NCBI GenBank assembly: GCA_044225175.1
Contig: JBGAJA010000002.1
Location: forward strand, 146,917-210,916
Direction: 5' to 3'
DNA: 64,000 nucleotides
Source: Candidatus Omnitrophota bacterium
GTDB lineage: Bacteria > Omnitrophota > Gorgyraeia > Zapsychrales > Fredricksoniimonadaceae
Shown here one piece after another: positions 61,501 through 64,000 of this stretch (its first letter is position 1; each line of letters begins with the position of its first letter). Under the pieces are notes generated by a model. That model was not told where the DNA came from. It saw nothing but the letters and a program-made list of their open reading frames with translations, and did not search any database. A program made the position numbers and the translations under genes.

Positions 61501-64000
61501 GTCGATGGCCAAATGTATATGCTTAAAAAGATCAATGAAAAGACTGGTGAAAATTTAAAGACCGTTTACAGGTTCCAACACAAAGCGATTGAAGAAATAC
61601 GACAAAAAGATTTAGTATCTGCCAGAGCAGTCATGGAGCGTGATTTTGAAATCACCGAGAATCCAAGCTCACAAACAGGATATGAAGTTAAGGCTGATCA
61701 AGGAAGGTTCTTAGGGTTTGCCAGTTCAGCGAAGAACTTGAGTGTTAATCTTAAACCTGGACAACAATGGGAAAATAATTTTAATGATCAAGAGCAAAAA
61801 CAATGGACCATTGTTCGTGATGACAAGGGTAACATTACCTCTGGGATCTTAGATGGCAATGTCTACAACGCCGACAATTATGGACGATTAGTTGCTAATA
61901 ACTTTAATTTCAAATACCGCTATAAAGATGACAAGGGTGAAAAACAAACAGTCCTTTTGTCAACCACAGACAGATATTCCATGCAAGACAATGTGATGAC
62001 CAGAAACCGCATGGCCTGGCAAGTGTCCAGTGAACAGCTTAAGCATTTATCCGCTAAATTCCCAAGATTTAACACGAATAATTGGATTGATCCAAGGACA
62101 GGAGTCATTCATGACAATCAAGGTGCTATTGGTTTAATTTATGATGGCATGATTTTACCTTTGGCAGAAGATGGGACTTTGGATATTGAATTAAATATGC
62201 GCGGGGTAGACATGCTAAGGGCTGCAGGTATTTTGGTGCCTGGTTCATCTTATATGCAAAATCTAGAAGAATTGACGGGTAATTGGAACGATTATGCTAA
62301 AACGATTGAAAGACCTTCTCAGAGCGGATTTAAGTCGATTAATATCAAGTATACTGACTTGCAACAGGGAATTGAAAACGCCAAACAAGAGCAAGACAAA
62401 GCCTTAAGAATGAAAGAGCAGCTTAAGGATTCTAAATTAAACGATGTGGAACGTACCAGGATTGCCCAAGAATTTAACACTTTGATTGAAGCCAAAGCCA
62501 AACAGCAGGGCTTTGTGCTTACTCAAGGAACAGATGGCATGTTAACGATTGAAACAGGAACAGCGTTAGGTTCACACCCATTGGCTGAACTCATCAATGA
62601 GGTGAACAAACTTAAAGGCTTAGGTAAAGAAGAAGGTTCTCAGGAAATCCCTGCTGTCCGTATCAATTCTCATTTGGATGCTGAAGGTGTGGCTGCCAAC
62701 ATGAACAATAAAGAAATGCAAATCGGGCCAAGTACATTGATCTCTGCCTTATTTAGTGTAAGCACACTGGAAGCCGGGGTTTTGAACCACGAAGTGCACC
62801 ATGGTCAAGAACGTTTGGCCAGATGGGTTGGAGAAAAGAAGATTTTGGGTCAGTCTCGTATTGATAATCAAACTGGCTGGTATGTGGATTACAACCGTGG
62901 TGTGTACCATACCAATTTCTCCGTGAACGAATATGCGACCCATGTCATTGAAGCCCATGGTAAATATAGAGAATATGTGAAGCTCATGCAAGATGGAGAT
63001 TGGGAAGAAGCCCGCCATTATGCTTCTGAAGCAGCCAAAGTATTAAATCGCGGACGTAACATTGCTTTGACCAATCATGATATTTATCGCATGGCTAGAC
63101 AGGTAGTTTCCAAGAATTTCTCGAATGTGATTATTGAGGAAGATATTGATCCAGTCAGTAAAGAACGACAAGGACATGGGCATGTGGCCCACATTTTTAT
63201 TCCTAATTCTCAGCAAGAAATTGTTGCCCAATTGGAAATGGCTTTGCCTAAAGATTTGTCGTCTGATCCAGATGCTAGAAAAACATTGATTTTAAAAATG
63301 ATCGATGATTCCTTGGTTGTTTTAAAGGAAGCCCAGGCAGCCATGGGATTAAAAGCCGCTATTTATGAATATTTTCCAGAAGATGAACGTGTGCAAGCCT
63401 TGGAAGCCAAGGTCAATGGCGCAATCGACATTAAAGACACCAACAACTTAGCGACATGGAAATTAACCAGAGAGATTCGCCAAAAATTTGCAGGTAAGGC
63501 CAACGATGATCAGGACGTCAGGCTAATTCTGGAGAACATTTTTAGTCAAACAACTATCCCTGAGAAAACCTCAGCAGGCTATGTTTACACGAATAGCAAA
63601 AATGGCTTTAGCATCACATTAAAAGACAATGGCGACATTTTCAAAGTGGATTTACCGCAAGATTACAGATCACGCATGGTCAGCTTCATGAGAGATTTTG
63701 AAGCAAAAGTCGAACAACGAAAGAGTGAATCAAACGCCATCAGTCAAGACAACAGGGCCAAGTTCTATGCTCAATTAAAGACAGCTTCGCCTCAAGAATT
63801 AGAAAACGGAAAAGAAGAACTCCTTACCTATCAATTGCCTAAAGACCAGGTAGTTAGTTGGTTGAAATATGGTCAAGACCAACGTTATGCCATGGTCCTG
63901 GGAGGAGATAGAAACCTATTTGTCCAAACAGCCGGCTTACTGCACGTTAAATTTGGGACAGACAAGGGTAAAGACAATCAAGCGATTGATGACAGAGACA
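43540..64000 (+). CDS. Giant protein, at least 6820 aa and truncated by the window end: membrane anchor, C39-like papain-fold peptidase domain, Gly/Ala-rich hydrophobic tracts, SF2/SecA-like ATPase motifs
   Basis: I hand-translated the frame from the ATG at 43540 to position 64000 and met no stop. The ORF track shows no stop-delimited plus-strand ORF anywhere in 43392..64000 in this frame, and the other frames are chopped. The sequence is protein-like throughout. Confidence 0.8.
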   Translation, partial: MDKNEEFENPISSNEGIKSDGSESVSADNIDIGHSSESSYLKFPENLSPVAASTNPEESFNSIDDKDFRNGSAFGGDPSLIQIPRADQNPFVSNFKQWIKAVAIFVLIVFIPDQISWAFGYNPQVLYKDLPITSAPMSSSVMNMAANDAGKILPHQQISGSVEYLLNQIKDKENLRVQLNVENPKDANKSAAHQLEVDTKIKFDKQTIQEITKWLSQENLNILNCGVYSLQKLLEHRGIKRSLEEIAVLTIATDLMTNIIKIGEPKLKTTLFSMAKVGDALGLNYKAIKLEAKDELTLPTPFIASIKGEHFVTVKKVTDTQVFVEDLGQSKTLDRRIFEDSLTGFAYANVGEHFKSELYEVVPEALQAFVWGDKWRDRTGDLPGLTNWNQVIITGVIQVAMCFIPLAGEYVGASAGITATTTMEVTNSAGELIAAGAIAMAASQLAGNIATVCTMKGACNATTGFLLSTALSVGLTMGASSAAGIAHGGFANNILGKEANPVSKFAVDFAFNFSMGLVAGYASLEATRAVQEAICKDSKKCSGTQAILSQALGTIAGSVASIAATTVTAYGLSQMPGKFGEAVSDTYGFREKNAAKAARENVVNNQPEIKQSGDAIIKAATIDNLPADQVLQIDPHFTDTPQNRAIVQDLQSPTPGTVNEAIGKVRESLTQDYRNEGVGTWAADDAIKNNPDLAPQRAEMIRDLKSGVVLGSDGNYSFNNPTLEPAVLHAMDNANAWHNTSFGQVMSDMAISQLPAIAGQLTGMIAQIVAYKAGGVDPDSGMSQGLNQFFSSAGSLAAGYGMQQSGMVPRSTSENISAAIKTGLIRSAFALGLGIVEDKIIEKPAKGSSARAQWRYEEKLAQLRAFNFVASSFLTGAIIATTDEQNTGIEGVSVDSMKNAIAQRARAKASQEAENNPYMINYATQETDTPQMDTSKGPLYGKMMEDFKTKAGEDAYQATMDSMNVSWGRRALFSSLHIMGNTDNSFVANFMGIPESRNYYTNGSWGPTQGAYGVTPGPNNFVAYSNTLQQLSGWTVNMALQADQMWKDMKETNNLITGMPTSATNVGGLVVADYIGAPQRMTQERLHDQWVLQLFSSKMLNPNRLNYSYINSTLQNANIDNYGHYLPGAIVSALTKPKVYDVTKNEDGSFSYINEDNQKVTLDKQEEQDISYKPVWDDKGNQTTAPIYVDDKAQIAAIKWGLPVVRMATVLGDNGGFNLVQGDVTTMKSGVTGKDETVYVGRGFRGVELDVINHRGNGFIERTWVNPNDERREHIRIGGKAYVDPAELESQLETLRNEGKTLEIQDRTGNLLTITAKTEEELKSKIDSLDDDTVSNFATSYGPSVSNEAVSQEGRDKLKQKLSQDFQAQNSGPQKWGYEYDVSGQAIGFKDTDGEAIALNQVTQRLVEKHNHQMNEATQGLVPIVNGAISAPLVNADGRSLAAENGGNKAAQLLAGRNFWVEGTTESQEMQKFIKTSGGIHNIIGGDGRGFNFNYRGTYDNSSLNLQLPTTTHEMKDGKAQPVFVNQAIFGNKNFSSMYMTGAMSDGTFWSTKDGSAISSAFLSFDSLSGRIAGYNESIVSSKEGLQYNDFQNAYQQQLAPDQKFDSAQMAAAAGPLAAQRYLAAHAFAARLGTLNASPASSMVAFQAFGRDDQRVTDTPLYEDQFVYSPQAKQNAEEPDTYEGSAIPTSHVDSKKLNIQGQGLVYSSANQANMFAINKSVNQNSRFTSGLMTTSPLNVLDQGTLTATVNHGEVVFKSFAEDASGNVTDFAGAPSIQGDTATKSKAFANQLQSPSPLMLSDVQADNEAWKTQFPALDIFSTTNSNSPQLKSMIEEGIKNTNPENSTLTVNFNNGRLANMNFQGYFGTQAGSSSSGILYESQESSGGSKDEGWKGATIAPFVFPSEAALQSNPTLRKLALNDNSQVAATFNSQSGGLQVKFGKGSILYSDSTGGLNPFNPTLDYKGQAYSQNEYNSAIYVGQNSDGSPTHMRFGWVADRDQNGNIKKDARGNTVFLSPTSTLLVDKTTFTNKEIFLNNTSRLDLETFTSEESHVFKVNDASKPFVWNSGNWELPADSKSLSVGVNYVKSQLGKDLTDQKKVADANAMMASSQLGLTPIRGVTEDEQKKFYQAVYSDIKAGPGGVFLYQPTPSETHNQLLSNIFLSPVLNTSLSNPLSQIGVGQVINNMEGSVSNTGDFAQSGSHSILHDLRSKFDQNQSPQPTANADQAPASVRLPAGDKATTTINPLVQGYVNRVDTTAGGVWYGESSRSLHNNVTSENSLILENEPEYAILGQAQFNVGDQTHSFSATTYFRPNSTRIVGQLGQNGYTLRGVGNAESAMDMFDGGYLAVSDNGPHPGLGLGYARTIGIDRVTKNGQEISNGLWTANVGSVRKAIGSILGFPGRSDGSFSLEDGKMVVSSDTATNNLLEGKASFQGFARAENGVEDVAMNFNSLQYTPNNEIMFVATAKDNAQEGKFPISGEAFIGGANPSNGAAGAAAEKTDPGIANIARLRNPQGNKDVVLALVGGTGGNANEQLGVLYSTNGFTFNPNAEGSKYSFVNGTNNSNRVYFGDHNSAWGLGFGIEGGRKVGLEGSEPTYFNNTRQINEAGTITDEEQGFTYVFEGDAKKGSWNLAKEDSLFPDTMNKGLTPQRQAVIYSGKAKGIGITQNYVDFMMNQEGTLQYLPLNANHAKIPRTVVADTPIDSSLDFETSQGIAARASADTGIGLTAFNAPAELSTQNTAEFTSPNSFGDSTPKTNNTSLIETALSSKPVSQTNDLGIDLLLPRQASSAISNMDSSRSPQQILTAPEDPAFESVTGSGLTRQVGTTANGTPIYETEISSDDSLVARAPESVRDVNQITLSYAPMYQGFNHLFEGQFQAEKLGSKNQFISGVQTDAQGNLTGGYIVAAENHEYNNPASLTNRPLAGYQVWLGQDGFAKRGMRSGWVNMTATGTANLALKTGGVVQAEGLLSGINFMAVEGVGQPKFLNFNVAQAQIDGRNFDVTSGVYSEGVNSGKPFVDVTGEHMPLVLSEMSAPRSVPSASSPTDSEHTDTQNPYRDPKITGQLMVDATSNEFMTAAQKAGYRTMNVVNGTSDVTEVNGQERVSVGISNLNNPSLGFSGDFTNTVIGTQGNQPLTYGVQVDSTGKPLARFYAQNDNAINDLIAFDSSATPVNIGGGARGVGGNEVVFLHQATVQGQDGRAQQTKYALSQGVNVKWNAQGAIEQLNGFNHVATDNEGTGANATPNWQLATSKIDNGKAVFSLIGDNAHGSFFLPQSVSSSDDAKQAGNPNQPKAQDINATQLSASIADGVVGLRGDGLAYDLTFGHKGTGSIQTDLRNVNIDNNTGLTDLAYGLQTNINSKDQTSTTNALIADNERQLSFNGEGQILNKNVSAKPADMDSTTYRELASTRANLIGDVQSAYQAFDAVKTSKNDDQRQAAAKELVTALGELQNFSLTDGKFFNHASELSSNISFAISEVEKAAASPVQSQNNQEQAVHSIYLNEIKDLQNKKAQLSQTPTVQELVDKGDNDPIKRQKADENRKELDQVEERLNRLINGGESITEMEHVNDIASGNLDISTIQQNSFLSALGAMKTYDTAVATQDMGKDKMGEASQAAFSQAFADHAAGTALSNLNNDDMYNTVHHEFQHQNINPGQGEIVAFNKLSNLFSADPNSFNAFVPKEYTDSPYERRVMAERIIAANQNGDYAAEVAMEGLGYSQHKLLTLAGSLSDLASIAGIHVSNPIAFNTYRQTDNERFIEDVVSGKIALNGNFGLLDQMDRIKQDELTGVSGGVTKAAQWVSNFGYTFFVPTDDALSQMTNTGMALHASGPASLIASVVTAPISLAAAGSNAARITATEIATEAAANSGVRAAGSAVTEAALNTGAKSAAKFWSTSVNPMNVVNSLSGINSARGLSTAALYPVMRRVGFTAGSVGIANVSNYIAHGEALSSAESGMVAAGAFGTATAFDVLGQANMFKVNAAGQTSNSGIAGRLVTKATGLESGAGYQSLVFGTRLAASEALTVGVPNAISFLNTGHGLSSKTNWTLAGIGLSYPIARVVTSSSFVPVVFSRRLTDAPSVFGTVARMGQSAVSQGLLWGQIDASVAAAHSAMGNGSITASDVFFKNYLPGLGTGAAFGAVTGSMRGVVERPMTPDTMLKKYAAAASIGATANILNGWINHGSNYSTKQMLEDATVGVGMGLFGMAALKNPEWFKSLSTTNKLLVGAGVGSIARITDQAVFHSDSIIGWESEKDHHYTKGRALTDAIVGAGMGALGAHFIGGTKLGGASAESEIAKKMLPENLLSTATSGALKWTYVSPAFTLGQSIWQGRLDKLTARELIDSSIEGPRSGRWMGVAFDAAQVHGTARSVAQLEEAGYSKFGARMVAGFENTVMNMQKGPWEGNLGKHIWSNIIYMPGLMKTVDAFTQAADIGFEVNGQKVFGGLTDLRNSIDGTQNLQPVIGRYVVNDRGEATYAPDTKTSQYFSFGVMTALPAYQPGVSSSNQARTIVDLLRTPNRTEGAAEQGWFKKVVGKTRSYISDLSRTQRRGAFYTGWIPSRFSSSTNNVERAKKVVEASPQAKSTTPTELSTASKVTSAIESYRASMGSQTAEQLTIDQAHMAAEFSKLSATDTDLHAAVGGDVVSFLRDVRQASQRQSVTEALRGLSDGTKRTILGNVDAPSGSIAKLFEAKIKGLDFNNLPKDIDPTLRRTIKDTQSAHDQYTKDLNDAFRLRTAVQFIKGSQGMTDQRARAYEFFRILGAMPEKGAEGLGNAQVKDIEAERVTLERLHQQYLAEGGPVERFIGEIVGSSQRDLVRKAMQLTKKAFSGGSSDARNLDTQNVLTKIRNILVDNMQSRLQVSLQDLGIRVDSHTVDGKKILTLKDATNENRALTDKEKAQAFDRVLRSNISFEQKVFELLILSKSEQGQSWDIDLNDIASIMDFHAVAKEAKDNRTQLAVLDKYMGGGKSEIATMLALAAFHDSGNSFLKGRTLVLASKDGSLLSKWLKLTEKDNSIFNFKPAPLVEVTIPTSRFSTEVLEQLQQRGIVENVEGTTTQVRLKAENLNRDVIKDIAKSEAEDVWKTLENAKEAQDAKRIDFNERLPEGIVVLDYKQIFEYVLNGLETGHSHFKNSVLIGDEIHELLSSAPLISGVSMEVISKGIEEMRKDPKLSAALENDRIFELATAKASTQTQESLSKRVLASHVEKAGFNYSQLMGEIERLGYVQKDAQGNYRVTDSFKKDKNTLKDQLSGQYSQDQISHVEWMLDRSQNDAFYNLVTHKDGGRFAPEFTKEAQEAIQEQLTAQREIENPYSDAGGADKFKDFLDKLAWISLARSEKADGTMVDFFKDKDGKLNFTPADPFNGGKKNVGQVWNDDQLVRAAFAYEGARGEQVNATDRLEKVYHQMGLQATSSDVIKAFDQVFGLTGTMNESPNVSLFASKVNRFVRSITSRDVQTTFRLGGNETIRTSWNNFLSKINGKLGFGIIHKIGKESVKALNDQILESTDHAGRLVKDKNGEYELQVEISKGEWVKASEEQAAKIKTVVIMAENQESWGQDQAASMKGQENTVITFADIADITKEWKSVIKNSEELTGVLKLLSGKNILAIGQFGPGLSIEAVDGYRGLEIITSPTSSDRILQQSTRMNTLNSKGKKSFAVSRMEGEVEVILDGNEFHLSSNQTQTLRLQQAKLDRAQEKVNANPNDTQAKAELENAQREHREAFEGTFREIGKGIISTSIVSTMAHQKGGSFEQAIHRLNQIYEHLDANAARLQMKSTNLPQAYLLNPMGVGVFNVYSEGKTQFKSGVKNAATIVTPGSQLALDQFGNIIYGGQHGVVVDPMSGWIYDLQDYQKDPTLKGVQALGSIVDVDQPTTIQGFNGTFTTEKAKAVMLFDDSSLEGAAESKARVGRVMTKAVLNGTNQMVDIEDSWVSPHQTGAPEHAGGTIKNAALFGLPANIKVSKVQTTKHGTAYRLVYSQHDGQDELHAAIVDGQMYMLKKINEKTGENLKTVYRFQHKAIEEIRQKDLVSARAVMERDFEITENPSSQTGYEVKADQGRFLGFASSAKNLSVNLKPGQQWENNFNDQEQKQWTIVRDDKGNITSGILDGNVYNADNYGRLVANNFNFKYRYKDDKGEKQTVLLSTTDRYSMQDNVMTRNRMAWQVSSEQLKHLSAKFPRFNTNNWIDPRTGVIHDNQGAIGLIYDGMILPLAEDGTLDIELNMRGVDMLRAAGILVPGSSYMQNLEELTGNWNDYAKTIERPSQSGFKSINIKYTDLQQGIENAKQEQDKALRMKEQLKDSKLNDVERTRIAQEFNTLIEAKAKQQGFVLTQGTDGMLTIETGTALGSHPLAELINEVNKLKGLGKEEGSQEIPAVRINSHLDAEGVAANMNNKEMQIGPSTLISALFSVSTLEAGVLNHEVHHGQERLARWVGEKKILGQSRIDNQTGWYVDYNRGVYHTNFSVNEYATHVIEAHGKYREYVKLMQDGDWEEARHYASEAAKVLNRGRNIALTNHDIYRMARQVVSKNFSNVIIEEDIDPVSKERQGHGHVAHIFIPNSQQEIVAQLEMALPKDLSSDPDARKTLILKMIDDSLVVLKEAQAAMGLKAAIYEYFPEDERVQALEAKVNGAIDIKDTNNLATWKLTREIRQKFAGKANDDQDVRLILENIFSQTTIPEKTSAGYVYTNSKNGFSITLKDNGDIFKVDLPQDYRSRMVSFMRDFEAKVEQRKSESNAISQDNRAKFYAQLKTASPQELENGKEELLTYQLPKDQVVSWLKYGQDQRYAMVLGGDRNLFVQTAGLLHVKFGTDKGKDNQAIDDRD

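Overview
This window is the replication-origin neighbourhood of a low-GC diderm bacterium that I cannot assign to a species. It has three parts, given in plus-strand coordinates.

Part 1 (0-13 kb, minus strand): a conserved housekeeping block: thrS, tRNA-Val, tRNA-Leu and tRNA-Cys, coaC, rpoZ, a Wzy/O-antigen-ligase-like membrane protein, gmk, yicC, ndk, parB-parA, a type IV pilin / 2TM-HAMP / 2TM-HAMP / pilin-like cluster, jag, yidC, yidD and rpmH.
- rpmH carries an apparent frameshift in an A5 run.
- No rnpA sits between rpmH and yidD.

Part 2 (13-24 kb, plus strand): dnaA, dnaN, a DUF721/DciA-like gene, gyrB and gyrA. The same palindromic DnaA-box pair lies on both sides of dnaA. This block is followed by tRNA-Glu, a GST-like gene, a CN-hydrolase, mdh and a parvulin PPIase.

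Part 3 (24.8-42 kb): a large, atypical Tad/Flp-type pilus locus.
- cpaB, then a CpaC secretin with a C-terminal TonB-C domain.
- A single-polypeptide TadZ (MinD-like) plus TadA ATPase fusion.
- A DUF192 protein and a 467-aa HTH-like hypothetical.
- Twelve consecutive Flp/TadE-family prepilin genes, including a 541-aa TadG-like protein and a 1126-aa Cys-rich pilin-like giant.
- tadB and tadC.

Downstream lies an IS200-like Y1 (RAYT) transposase gene flanked by four copies of a 23-bp palindrome (a REPtron-like element).

From 43540 to the window end runs one uninterrupted plus-strand reading frame of at least 6820 codons with no stop. It is absent from the ORF track because it has no stop inside the window. 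It encodes a giant protein with:
- an N-terminal membrane anchor;
- a C39-like papain-fold peptidase domain;
- long Gly/Ala-rich hydrophobic tracts;
- SF2/SecA-like ATPase motifs;
- an HExxH motif;
- visibly higher GC than its neighbours.

This giant gene and the unusual Tad locus are the most interesting content.
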